A DNA stretch of 62,738 nt, taken from an uncultured Muribaculaceae bacterium. GTDB lineage: Bacteria; Bacillota_I; Bacilli_A; RF39; UBA660. Shown piece by piece: positions 19,821 through 28,838 of this stretch. Under the pieces are notes generated by a model. That model did no database searches. It was not told where the DNA came from and saw only the letters and a list, made by a program, of their open reading frames with translations. A program made the translations under genes and the position numbers. The DNA lies in NCBI GenBank assembly GCA_964369865.1, contig CAYJFL010000003.1:5700-68437 (forward strand), written 5' to 3'. Every line of letters starts with the position of its first letter. Position 1 is the first letter of the stretch.

Positions 19821-20342
19821 ATGAATAAATTAATTATAATAGTTATATTAGGAGCAATACTATATAGTTTTTTATCTGTTAACACTAGTGATTTAACAAT
19901 ACCCGATGAAGCTATTAGAATTAGAGTGATTGCTAATAGTGATAACGAAGAAGATTTAGAAATAAAAAATATAGTTAGTGAAAATCTTGAATTAGAAATT
20001 TATAATTTATTAAAAGATACAAAAGGTGTAATAGAAGCAAGAACAATAATAACAGAAAATTTAGATAATATAAGTAAAAATGTGGAAAATACATTACATA
20101 ATAATAATTATATAATTGATTATGAAATAAATTTTGGATTTAATTATTTTCCAGAGAAAAATTTTAATGGTGTAATATATGAAGCTGGAGAATATGAATC
20201 AGTTTTAGTAACACTAGGTGAAGGGAATGGTAGTAATTGGTGGTGTGTATTATTTCCTCCACTATGCTTAGTAGAAGCAAATGAAAGTGATGAAATTGAA
20301 TATAAAAGTTTCGTAAAAGAAATATTAGATAAATATATGTAG
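19821..20342 (+). CDS. spoIIR: Stage II sporulation protein R
   Basis: N-terminal TM, then IPDEAIRIRVIANSD and NWWCVLFPPLC, which are typical of SpoIIR. ATG 19821 has AGGAGA upstream; the track start at 19797 lies inside the rlmH terminator hairpin. Confidence 0.85.
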   Translation: MNKLIIIVILGAILYSFLSVNTSDLTIPDEAIRIRVIANSDNEEDLEIKNIVSENLELEIYNLLKDTKGVIEARTIITENLDNISKNVENTLHNNNYIIDYEINFGFNYFPEKNFNGVIYEAGEYESVLVTLGEGNGSNWWCVLFPPLCLVEANESDEIEYKSFVKEILDKYM

Positions 20343-20384
20343 TATAAATAAGCTTTAATAAAATAAACTTAATAGAGGTGTATC

Positions 20385-20909
20385 ATGGATATAATAATTA
20401 TAATTTTACTATCAGTAAGTTTAAGCATGGATGCTTTTAGTTTATCATTAGCATATGGAACATTAAAGTTAAAGAAAAAAACAATAATAACAACTAGTAT
20501 AGTTGTTGGAGTTTTTCATTTTATAATGCCATTAATTGGTTTATTATTTGGAAATTATATAAATGAATTGATAAAATTTGAATCAAATATAATTGTTGCA
20601 TTAGTATTAATGTTTATTGGTATAAATATGATTTTTGACAATAAAGAAGAAATTAAAAACAAACTAAACATTATCAACATAATACTATTTTCTTTTGCAG
20701 TTAGTTTAGATTCATTGTCTTTAGGAATAGGATTAGCAACCTTAACATCACATATTTTTATTTATCCATTATTTTTTGCAATTAGTAGTTCTTTTTTTAC
20801 TTGTATTGGTTTATTAATAGGTAATAAAATAAGTGAAAAAGTAGGTAAATTATCTACTATACTAGGTGGAATTATATTAGTAATAATAGGTATAACATAT
20901 TTAATATAG
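20385..20909 (+). CDS. MntP/YtaF-family membrane protein (Mn efflux pump or sporulation membrane protein YtaF-like)
   Basis: Two internal repeats, each with an SxDAFS/SLDSLS motif (LSMDAFSLSLAYG; AVSLDSLSLGIG). Six TM segments. Confidence 0.75.
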   Translation: MDIIIIILLSVSLSMDAFSLSLAYGTLKLKKKTIITTSIVVGVFHFIMPLIGLLFGNYINELIKFESNIIVALVLMFIGINMIFDNKEEIKNKLNIINIILFSFAVSLDSLSLGIGLATLTSHIFIYPLFFAISSSFFTCIGLLIGNKISEKVGKLSTILGGIILVIIGITYLI

Positions 20910-20977
20910 TGTAAAATACTTGTCACTTTGTTTGTTTATAATATAAAAATATATTATAATTGGTAAAGGTGATAAGA

Positions 20978-21835
20978 ATGATAACTAATACAAAAGAAAT
21001 GTTAGAAAAAGCAAAAATAAATAATTATTGTGTTCCTCATTTTAATATAAACAATTTAGAATGGACTAAATATATTCTTGAAGAATGTCAAAATTTGAAT
21101 AGTCCAGTTATAATTGGAGTAAGTGAAGGGGCTATAAAATATATGGGTGGACACTTCACTGTTGCTAATTTAGTAAAAAGTTTAGTAATTGATTTAAATA
21201 TAACTATTCCAGTTGCTATTCATTTAGATCATGGTAGTAGTTTTGAATCATGTAAAAAATGTATAGATTCAGGATTCTCATCAGTAATGATAGATGCTAG
21301 CAAACTTTCTTTAGAAGAAAATATAAAAATTACTAAAGAGGTAGTTGATTACGCACATTTATATGGTGTAACTGTAGAAGCAGAAGTTGGTCATATTGGT
21401 GGAATAGAAGACGGACAAGCATCTGATATTGCTTATGCAAAAGTAGAAGATTGCTTAAAATTAGTTAATGAAACTAAAATAGATAGTTTAACACCAGCAG
21501 TAGGGAGTGTTCACGGTGTTTATAAAGGTGAACCAAATATTAAAATAGATTTAATAAAAGAAGTAAAAGCAATGACTAATTTACCACTAGTTTTACATGG
21601 AGGTAGTGGAATACCAGATGTTACAATCATTAAAAGTATTGAAGCAGGTATTACAAAATTAAATATAAATACTGATTTACAAATAGTATGGGCTAAAGCA
21701 GTACGCGATTATTTAAATTCTAATCAAGAAGTTTATGATCCAAGAAAAGTTATTAGATCTGGAGAACAAGCTATAAAGAACAAAATAAAAGAAAAAGTAT
21801 TATTATTAGGCAGCAATAACAAAGTTAATGTATAA
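20978..21835 (+). CDS. fba: Class II fructose-bisphosphate aldolase
   Basis: Motifs HLDHGSSFE, EAEVGHIGG and VLHGGSG. SD AAAGGTGA precedes ATG 20978. Confidence 0.95.
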   Translation: MITNTKEMLEKAKINNYCVPHFNINNLEWTKYILEECQNLNSPVIIGVSEGAIKYMGGHFTVANLVKSLVIDLNITIPVAIHLDHGSSFESCKKCIDSGFSSVMIDASKLSLEENIKITKEVVDYAHLYGVTVEAEVGHIGGIEDGQASDIAYAKVEDCLKLVNETKIDSLTPAVGSVHGVYKGEPNIKIDLIKEVKAMTNLPLVLHGGSGIPDVTIIKSIEAGITKLNINTDLQIVWAKAVRDYLNSNQEVYDPRKVIRSGEQAIKNKIKEKVLLLGSNNKVNV

Positions 21836-21865
21836 TACATATAATAATTATAGTTTGGAGGACTT

Positions 21866-23116
21866 ATGAAACAAATAGAAATAGAAGGAAAAAATATTCT
21901 TTCTGGTGAAATAAAAATTAGTGGAGCAAAAAATAGTGCAGTAGCATTATTACCTGCAGCATTATTAACAAATGAAATAGTAGAAATAGATAATGTTCCA
22001 AACATATCAGATATTATAGCAATCAAAGAGATATTAGAATACTTAAATGCTAAAGTAGAAATAACAGGAAACAAAGTAAAGATAGATTGTAGTAATGTTA
22101 AAAATAGAAATATTGAAGAAAATATGGCTAAAAAATTACGTGCATCATATTACTTTATGGGAGTTTTATTTAGTAAGTATAAAGAAACAGTTATGTATTT
22201 TCCAGGTGGATGTCCGATAGGAGCTAGACCAATTGATTTACATTTAAAAGGCTTTGAGCGAATGAATGGAAAAATAGAAGCGGATGGAAACAAATATCAT
22301 TTAAGTACAGATAAAATAATAGGAAGTGAAGTAGATGTTAGAAGTAGTGTAGGAGCAACTATTAATATCCTATATACAAGTGTTTTAGCAGAAGGTACGA
22401 CTATTATAGAAAACGCAGCAAGAGAACCTGAGATAACTAATGTAGTAGATATGCTAAATCAAATGGGAGCTAAAATCGAAGGTAGAGGAACTAGCAAATT
22501 AATCATTGAAGGTGTGGATAAACTTCACGGTACAAAAATTGAAGTTATACCTGATAGAATTGAAGCTGGAACTTATATTATTGCCGGAGCAATGATAGGA
22601 GACAATCTAACTGTATCTAATATTAACCCTAATCATTTGACTTCATTATTAAATATACTACAAGAAATGAATGTAGACTATAAAATTAATGGTGATTCAA
22701 TAACAGTAACTAAAAGTAATTATTTAAAACCGGTAAATATTAAAACAGAGGTTTATCCTGGATTTCCAACGGATTTACAACAACCAATTACAGCACTGTT
22801 GACACAAACTAATGGAAAATCCACTGTATATGAAACAATATATGAAAATAGATTTGGTCATACAAAACATTTAAATAAAATGGGAGCTTCTATAAAAGTA
22901 GATGATCGTGAAATTGCTGTTATCTCACCAACTAGTTTACATGGTTCAGAAGTAATCGCAACTGATCTAAGAGCAGGAGCATGTTTAATTTTGGCAGCGT
23001 TATTAGCCGAAGGTAAAACAGTAATTAATGAAGTTGAACATGTATTAAGAGGATATGAAAATATTATTAATAAATTAACTAATGTAGGTGCTAAAATCAA
23101 ATTAACTGAAATATAA
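21866..23116 (+). CDS. murA: UDP-N-acetylglucosamine 1-carboxyvinyltransferase
   Basis: KISGAKNSAVALLPAALL N-terminus, catalytic-loop Cys (FPGGCPIGARPIDLH), 416 aa. The fba-murA arrangement matches B. subtilis fbaA-murAB. Confidence 0.97.
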   Translation: MKQIEIEGKNILSGEIKISGAKNSAVALLPAALLTNEIVEIDNVPNISDIIAIKEILEYLNAKVEITGNKVKIDCSNVKNRNIEENMAKKLRASYYFMGVLFSKYKETVMYFPGGCPIGARPIDLHLKGFERMNGKIEADGNKYHLSTDKIIGSEVDVRSSVGATINILYTSVLAEGTTIIENAAREPEITNVVDMLNQMGAKIEGRGTSKLIIEGVDKLHGTKIEVIPDRIEAGTYIIAGAMIGDNLTVSNINPNHLTSLLNILQEMNVDYKINGDSITVTKSNYLKPVNIKTEVYPGFPTDLQQPITALLTQTNGKSTVYETIYENRFGHTKHLNKMGASIKVDDREIAVISPTSLHGSEVIATDLRAGACLILAALLAEGKTVINEVEHVLRGYENIINKLTNVGAKIKLTEI

Positions 23117-23119
23117 TTA

Positions 23120-23144
23120 AGTAGAGTAAAACTCTACTTTTTTT
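23120..23144 (+). terminator. Rho-independent terminator after murA
   Basis: AGTAGAGT-AAA-ACTCTACT stem-loop plus T-run. Confidence 0.75.
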
Positions 23145-23154
23145 GGAGGTTAAA

Positions 23155-23784
23155 ATGAAAAATAAAGGATTAGTGATAATGTTAATTACGATATTTTTAA
23201 TACTTATCATTTATATTTTTAATAAAACTATTAATGATACTACAATAATAATGGGAGATTATACAATAAATGATAAGTTAAGTTATGCAAATATAATTGA
23301 TAATAAAAAGATTATTTATTCTAAAGATGATAACCGTAGTATAGATTTAATAAATGATATTAAAAACAATATATTAGTAAAAGATAAAAATATAAAGAAT
23401 TATTTAATAAAAGCAGACAAGATTATAATAGGAATAGGTAATAATGAATTATTTTATAGATTAAATTCTACAACTGTTGTTAATGATGATTTATATATGA
23501 AGATAAAAGAATTATCTACATATATAAATAATTTATTTATTACAATAAGAGAAATTACAAAAGAAGATGTATATTTTACTTCATTTTATAATCCTTATAG
23601 TGAAAATTACAATACACTTATTCATTACTTAAACGCTGAAGTAAAAAGATATGCAGACGAATATGCCATAAATTTTGTAGATATAAATGAATGTATTAAA
23701 AATAGTGATGTAAGAACTAATTATGAATTAACAAAAGAAGAAAATAAATGTATTGCCGAGATATATATTAATATTGATAAATAA
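23155..23784 (+). CDS. Membrane-anchored hypothetical protein with a degenerate SGNH/GDSL-hydrolase-like layout
   Basis: N-terminal TM. Block I reads GDYTI (Ser replaced by Tyr), block III-like reads GIGNNE, and there is no clear DxxH block. SD GGAGGT precedes ATG 23155. Confidence 0.6.
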   Translation: MKNKGLVIMLITIFLILIIYIFNKTINDTTIIMGDYTINDKLSYANIIDNKKIIYSKDDNRSIDLINDIKNNILVKDKNIKNYLIKADKIIIGIGNNELFYRLNSTTVVNDDLYMKIKELSTYINNLFITIREITKEDVYFTSFYNPYSENYNTLIHYLNAEVKRYADEYAINFVDINECIKNSDVRTNYELTKEENKCIAEIYINIDK

Positions 23785-23819
23785 ATTAGGTAATGTTATA
23801 ATAAATTTAGGAGGATGCT

Positions 23820-24245
23820 ATGAAGTATTGTAAAAATTGTGGAACAGAATTAAAAGAAGGAGCAGATATTTGCTTAGGATGTGGAACATTATTAAAGCAA
23901 GAAAACCAAATAGAAAAAAAAGAAACAACAGTTAGTGGAAAATCTATAACTTCACTAATATTAGGAGTAATAGCAACATTATGGACATTATTGTCTTTAT
24001 TGAGTATTGAAGAAGCTAAATATGCCTACTGGTTTGAAGTGGGAGAAGAAAACGTAGCAACTTTTATTGGATTTTATATAGGGTATACACTATTATCTTT
24101 AACTCCATCAATTGTTGGTTTAATCCTAGGGTTACTTGGATTAAAAGATAAATCAAAAGGAATTTCTATTGCTGGACTAGTATTATCAGGGTTCGCATTA
24201 TTAAGTTGTATAGTAATATTAATAATATTTATCGCAACATTTTAG
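23820..24245 (+). CDS. Zinc-ribbon membrane protein
   Basis: N-terminal CKNCG...CLGCG ribbon followed by 3-4 TM segments; paralogous N-terminus to the next gene. Confidence 0.65.
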   Translation: MKYCKNCGTELKEGADICLGCGTLLKQENQIEKKETTVSGKSITSLILGVIATLWTLLSLLSIEEAKYAYWFEVGEENVATFIGFYIGYTLLSLTPSIVGLILGLLGLKDKSKGISIAGLVLSGFALLSCIVILIIFIATF

Positions 24246-24258
24246 ATAGGAGTAAAAA

Positions 24259-24735
24259 ATGAAATTTTGTAAAAATTGTGGAAAAGAAATAATAGAAGGT
24301 GGAGATATTTGTTTAGGTTGTGGTAAACCAGTTACTGATACTGCACTAAAACCAACTGGTAAATCTAAAGCGATTGCTGGAATACTAGCCTTCACGGTAG
24401 GATTTATTGGAATAAATAACTTTTATTTAGGGCAAGTAAAAAGAGGTGTAGCCAAAATATTATTAACTGTTTTAATGTTAGTATTATCAACAATATCACT
24501 TGTAGTATATGCAAATGAATATAGTGAATATCAAGATAACTTATCAATGAATGATTGTAATTACTATTATAGTTATTATGATTGTGATACAGTAGAAGAA
24601 CCAACTAATTTAAATGTATATTATTTATTATCATCATTAGTTAGTTTTGGAGTAGGAGCTTGGTGTCTAACAGAAGCTATTTTAATCTTTTCAGGTAAAA
24701 TAAATAAAGATTCAAAAGGAAATTTATTAGTTTAA
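24259..24735 (+). CDS. Zinc-ribbon + TM2-domain membrane protein
   Basis: CKNCG...CLGCG ribbon plus a TM2-like segment (AGILAFTVGFIGINNFYLGQVKRGVAKILLT). Confidence 0.7.
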   Translation: MKFCKNCGKEIIEGGDICLGCGKPVTDTALKPTGKSKAIAGILAFTVGFIGINNFYLGQVKRGVAKILLTVLMLVLSTISLVVYANEYSEYQDNLSMNDCNYYYSYYDCDTVEEPTNLNVYYLLSSLVSFGVGAWCLTEAILIFSGKINKDSKGNLLV

Positions 24736-24765
24736 AAAGTAATATTGACAAAAATATTACTTTTT
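24736..24765 (+). terminator. Rho-independent terminator overlapping the rpmE promoter
   Basis: AAAGTAATATT / AATATTACTTT stem plus T-run. Confidence 0.65.
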
Positions 24766-24773
24766 GTTATAAT
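24745..24773 (+). promoter_or_regulatory. Consensus sigma-A-type promoter of rpmE
   Basis: TTGACA (24745-24750), 17-nt spacer, TATAAT (24768-24773). Confidence 0.65.
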
Positions 24774-24829
24774 TTACGAGTATTTAAATTACTATGACTT
24801 AAATTATGTCATGGCGGAAGGAGATAATT

Positions 24830-25045
24830 ATGAAAAAAGGAATTCACCCAGAATACAAAGATACTAATGTTGAATGTGCTTGTGGAAACAAATTTGTTGT
24901 TAAATCAAACCATGAAGAACTTAGTTTAGAAGTTTGTGATAAATGTCACCCATTCTACAATGGAGATATTAATTCTAAAACTAAAAAAGCTGGTAATGTA
25001 GAAAAATTCAACCGTAAATACGGTCTTGAAACAGAAGAAAAATAG
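24830..25045 (+). CDS. rpmE: 50S ribosomal protein L31, Zn-ribbon (type A) form
   Basis: MKKGIHPEYK N-terminus with CxC...CxxC (ECACG, CDKCHPFY). SD GGAAGGAG precedes ATG 24830. Confidence 0.95.
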   Translation: MKKGIHPEYKDTNVECACGNKFVVKSNHEELSLEVCDKCHPFYNGDINSKTKKAGNVEKFNRKYGLETEEK

Positions 25046-25066
25046 TCATACGACTATTTTTTTTTT
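25041..25066 (+). terminator. Rho-independent terminator after rpmE
   Basis: AATAGTC / GACTATT stem followed by T9. Confidence 0.75.
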
Positions 25067-25103
25067 AACTTATATAGTATACTTTTAATAGAAGGTGATT
25101 AAA

Positions 25104-25547
25104 ATGATATTTATAGGTAGTGACCATGCAGGTTATGATTTAAAACAAGAATTAATTAAACACTTATCAACTACATACCGAGTTATAGACCTTGGTACCA
25201 ATTCAAAAGATAGTGTTGACTATCCTTTGTTTGCAATTAGTGTTAGTAATGAAGTAATAAAAAATGAAAATAGTTTTGGAATTTTAGTATGTGGAACAGG
25301 TGTAGGGGTAAGTATTGCTAGTAACAAAGTAAGTGGAATTAGATGTGCTAAAGTGTCAACTATTAATGAAGCCATACTATCTAGAGCTCACAATGACGCT
25401 AATGTCGTGGCTTTATCAAGCCAGGTTAGTTTAGATAAAGCTAAGGCAATTGTTGATAATTTTATTCAAACACCATTTTCTAACGAAGAACGTCATACTA
25501 GAAGATTAGAGCAAATTAGAAAGTATGAATTAAGTAATGATAATTAA
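25104..25547 (+). CDS. rpiB: Ribose-5-phosphate isomerase B
   Basis: IGSDHAGYDLK and ILVCGTGVGVSIASNK motifs. SD GAAGGTGA precedes ATG 25104. Confidence 0.93.
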   Translation: MIFIGSDHAGYDLKQELIKHLSTTYRVIDLGTNSKDSVDYPLFAISVSNEVIKNENSFGILVCGTGVGVSIASNKVSGIRCAKVSTINEAILSRAHNDANVVALSSQVSLDKAKAIVDNFIQTPFSNEERHTRRLEQIRKYELSNDN

Positions 25548-25731
25548 ACTATTTTTATATATTATATTCATTCCTCTTACAGTATTCGCACTAGATTCAA
25601 TTAATTATGATAAAATATTTAAAAAAAACAAACTAACACAAATCAAAACATTTTATTTTTTAGTAAGTTTAATAATGTCATACCTACTAGTTAGTATGTG
25701 TTATGATATATTTCTAATAATAAATAGCTAA
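25537..25731 (+). CDS. Small two-TM membrane protein (DUF1146/YwzB-like by position and shape)
   Basis: 64 aa with two hydrophobic helices; it overlaps the rpiB end. A gene of this type lies near murA/spoIID in Bacilli. A terminator (AAACAAAC..GTTTGTTT + T-run) follows. Confidence 0.55.
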   Translation: MIIKLFLYIIFIPLTVFALDSINYDKIFKKNKLTQIKTFYFLVSLIMSYLLVSMCYDIFLIINS

Positions 25732-25800
25732 ACAAACTTAATGTTTGTTTTTTTGACACAATTTTCAAATTTAATTTAATATAATATATATGGTGAAAAA

Positions 25801-26724
25801 ATGAAAAAAATTATTATATTAAGTACAGCCATAATTATTATTCCGTTATTAATTACCTCTTTAATAACAACAAAAACAGAAGAGTATGAATATCATTTTG
25901 AAAATAATAAAATTATTAGAGTTTTAAATGAAAAAACAGGTAGTATAGACAGTATTTTATTTGAAGATTATATTATGGGAGTGGTATCAGCAGAAATGCC
26001 TGCTAATTTTCATATAGAAGCTCTAAAAGCACAAGCAATAGCTTCAAGAAGTTATGCTATGAATAAAATAGAAGAAAATAGAGATTTAGATTATGATATT
26101 GTAATGAGTACAACTCATCAAGTATATAATAATGAAGCCGAATTAAAAGAAAAGTGGAATGATAAATATGATGAATATTCAAATAAGATATATGAAGCTA
26201 TTAATAGTACTAGTGGTGAATATGCATCTTATGATGGGGAAGTAGCTCTAACATTATTTTTTTCAACAAGTTCTGGAACAACAGAAAATTGTTATGAAGT
26301 ATTTTCAGAAAATCTACCATATTTAACAAGTGTAGAATCAAAATGGGATTCTAATATATCACCTGCCTTTAGCGAAGTTTATAATTTTAACTATGAAGAA
26401 TTTTATCAGAAACTAAATATAAAAGCTGATGCTAATTTACAAATAGAGGTGACTGATAATACCAGTACTGGAAATGTTAAAACAGTTAAAATAAATAATA
26501 TAAATTATGATGCTGATGATATTAGAACTAAATTAAATTTAAGATCAACATTTTTTACAATAAATTATGATGATAAAAATATTGTAATTACAACTAAAGG
26601 ATACGGTCATGGAGTAGGTATGAGTCAATATGGAGCATATGGTATGGCAAAAGAAGGTTATACATATGATGAAATCATTAAACATTATTATCAAGGTGTC
26701 GAAATAAAAAATTATAATTTATAG
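25801..26724 (+). CDS. spoIID: Stage II sporulation protein D (lytic transglycosylase)
   Basis: N-terminal TM plus the SpoIID/LytB signature EMPANFHIEALKAQAIASRSYAM; also GHGVGMSQYGA. Confidence 0.9.
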   Translation: MKKIIILSTAIIIIPLLITSLITTKTEEYEYHFENNKIIRVLNEKTGSIDSILFEDYIMGVVSAEMPANFHIEALKAQAIASRSYAMNKIEENRDLDYDIVMSTTHQVYNNEAELKEKWNDKYDEYSNKIYEAINSTSGEYASYDGEVALTLFFSTSSGTTENCYEVFSENLPYLTSVESKWDSNISPAFSEVYNFNYEEFYQKLNIKADANLQIEVTDNTSTGNVKTVKINNINYDADDIRTKLNLRSTFFTINYDDKNIVITTKGYGHGVGMSQYGAYGMAKEGYTYDEIIKHYYQGVEIKNYNL

Positions 26725-26770
26725 TATAAACTTTTAAAATCAGTTCAAACTCTTAATAGAGGTGAAAGAT

Positions 26771-27400
26771 ATGAATTATAGAAAGTTTAAAAATTTACTA
26801 GTTCCGTCGTTGTATGCTGTAGCAATTATAGCCGTTCTTGGAAGTGTTTACTTGATTGAAACAAACACTAATGAAGAAACCTTTGTTAATGATGATCATT
26901 ATGGAAAAGTTTATGAATATTTTGATGAAACAGTAGAAAATGTTATTGCAGAAGAAAAAGTTTTAATTAGACCATATAATGATGCTGAAATTCAAATATT
27001 AAAAACATATTATGATTATCAAGCTGATGATAAGAGTCAAGAAAATTCTATTATATATCATGAAGATACTTATATGCAAAATAGTTCAGTGATATATGGT
27101 GGAAAAGAAAACTTTGATGTTATTGCAGTATATGACGGAAAAGTAATTGAAGTAAAAGAAGATCCTGTACTAGGAAATATAGTGCAAATTGAACATGAAA
27201 ATAATTATATAAGTATTTATCAAAGTTTATCTGAAGTCACTGTTAAAAAAGATGATATAGTTAAACAAGGAGATAAACTAGGACTTAGTGGGACATCTAA
27301 TTTAAATAAAGATTTAGGTAGTCATTTAAGTTTTGAAATTATAAAAAGCGGTGAAATAGTAAATCCTGAACTACATTATGATAAACCGCTATCACAATAA
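26771..27400 (+). CDS. SpoIIQ-like membrane-anchored protein with a degenerate LytM (M23) domain
   Basis: N-terminal TM and C-terminal M23 fold. HLHFE is replaced by HLSFE, and the HxxxD block is absent (QNSSVIYGGKENFDVIAVYDGKV). It sits between spoIID and spoIIID. Confidence 0.7.
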   Translation: MNYRKFKNLLVPSLYAVAIIAVLGSVYLIETNTNEETFVNDDHYGKVYEYFDETVENVIAEEKVLIRPYNDAEIQILKTYYDYQADDKSQENSIIYHEDTYMQNSSVIYGGKENFDVIAVYDGKVIEVKEDPVLGNIVQIEHENNYISIYQSLSEVTVKKDDIVKQGDKLGLSGTSNLNKDLGSHLSFEIIKSGEIVNPELHYDKPLSQ

Positions 27401-27467
27401 TAGAGCTATGCTCTATTTTTTAGGTATAAATACCAGTTCTAATTCGTATTATGAATTAGAGGTGTGT

Positions 27468-27731
27468 ATGAAAAAAGAAATTATAAAAAGAGTTTTTATG
27501 GAAACTGATTATATGATTAAAAATAATAGTACGATAAGAGATGTTGCAAAAAAATTCAATATTTCTAAAAGTACTGTTCATAAAGACTTAAGAGACAGGT
27601 TAAATGAGCTAGATAAAAGCATGTTTAATAAGATAGATAAAATACTAAATTATCATTTAGAAACAAGACATATTAATGGTGGAATAAGTACTAAAAAAAA
27701 GTATTTAAATCGAAAAAATATATATAAATAA
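27468..27731 (+). CDS. spoIIID: Stage III sporulation protein D (HTH transcription regulator)
   Basis: 87 aa with HTH IRDVAKKFNISKSTVHKDL and the conserved C-terminal HINGG. SD AGAGGTG precedes ATG 27468; the longer track ORF starts inside the upstream terminator. Confidence 0.88.
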   Translation: MKKEIIKRVFMETDYMIKNNSTIRDVAKKFNISKSTVHKDLRDRLNELDKSMFNKIDKILNYHLETRHINGGISTKKKYLNRKNIYK

Positions 27732-27780
27732 CAATAGTAATATGATATAATACTTTAGAGATAACAAGTGAAGAGGTGGA

Positions 27781-28773
27781 ATGATGTTTTCAAAAGATAT
27801 AGGAATAGATTTAGGAACTGCAAATGTATTAATTTATATAAAAGGACAAGGTATTGTGCTTAATGAACCAAGTGTAGTAGCAATAGATAAAGAAACTAAG
27901 AAAGTATTAGCTGTAGGGAGTGAAGCTAGAGAAATGCTTGGTAGAACACCAGGAAATGTTAAAGCAATTCGCCCTATGAAAGATGGTGTAATAGCTGACT
28001 TTAATATTACTGAAGAATTATTATCAAACTTTATTAGAAAAATAAAAGCAAAGAGTTTATTTTCAAGGTTAAGAATATTAATATGTTGTCCATCTAATAT
28101 TACACAAGTAGAAAAAAATGCAATTAAAGAAGCAGCAGAAAGAATTGGTGCTAAAAAAGTATTTTTAGAAGAAGAACCAAAAGTAGCTGCAGTTGGAGCT
28201 GGTTTAGATATTGCTAAACCTAGTGGAAGTATGGTTATTGATGTTGGTGGAGGAACTACTGATATTGCTGTATTATCTTTAGGTGGTATTGTAAATAGTG
28301 CATCTATAAAGGTAGCCGGTAATAAATTTGATGCTGATATTGTAAAATATATTAAAGAAAAATATAAATTATTAATCGGTGAAAGAACTGCAGAAGAAAT
28401 TAAATTAACTATAGGGAATGTATTCGTTGAAGATAAAGATGATAAAATGGAAGTACGTGGTAGAGATTTAGTTACAGGATTACCACATACTATCACTTTA
28501 ACAAGTAGTGAAGTAGAAGAAGCGTTAAGAGAAAGTATTTATCTTCTAATTAACACGACAAAAAATGTATTAGAACAAACACCACCTGAATTATCAGCTG
28601 ATATAATTGATAAAGGTATTGTAATTACTGGTGGAGGAGCTTTAATTAAAGGCTTTGATAAATTATTAGCTCATGAACTTAAAGTACCAGTATTTGTAGC
28701 TGAAAGTCCACTTACTTGTGTTGCTGAAGGAACAGGTATATTATTAGAAAATTTACACTTAATAGAAAGATAA
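27781..28773 (+). CDS. mbl: Rod-shape-determining actin homolog MreB/Mbl
   Basis: DIGIDLGTANV and VIDVGGGTTD motifs, 330 aa. The spoIIID-mbl adjacency matches B. subtilis. Confidence 0.93.
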   Translation: MMFSKDIGIDLGTANVLIYIKGQGIVLNEPSVVAIDKETKKVLAVGSEAREMLGRTPGNVKAIRPMKDGVIADFNITEELLSNFIRKIKAKSLFSRLRILICCPSNITQVEKNAIKEAAERIGAKKVFLEEEPKVAAVGAGLDIAKPSGSMVIDVGGGTTDIAVLSLGGIVNSASIKVAGNKFDADIVKYIKEKYKLLIGERTAEEIKLTIGNVFVEDKDDKMEVRGRDLVTGLPHTITLTSSEVEEALRESIYLLINTTKNVLEQTPPELSADIIDKGIVITGGGALIKGFDKLLAHELKVPVFVAESPLTCVAEGTGILLENLHLIER

Positions 28774-28838
28774 TTAATCTTTCTTTTTTCTTTATATATT
28801 TTAAATAAAGTGTTATAATAAAAAAAGAAGGTGGTTTT

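Noticed and set aside
20343-20384. Possible yybP-ykoY (Mn) riboswitch ahead of the MntP/YtaF-like gene
   Set aside because: The gap to the preceding gene is only ~42 nt, far too short for that riboswitch, and it has no matching conserved segments.
27834-28496. 220-aa minus-strand ORF antisense to mbl/mreB
   Set aside because: The + strand frame encodes an unmistakable MreB with all actin-fold motifs. The antisense frame has no start context or recognisable features.
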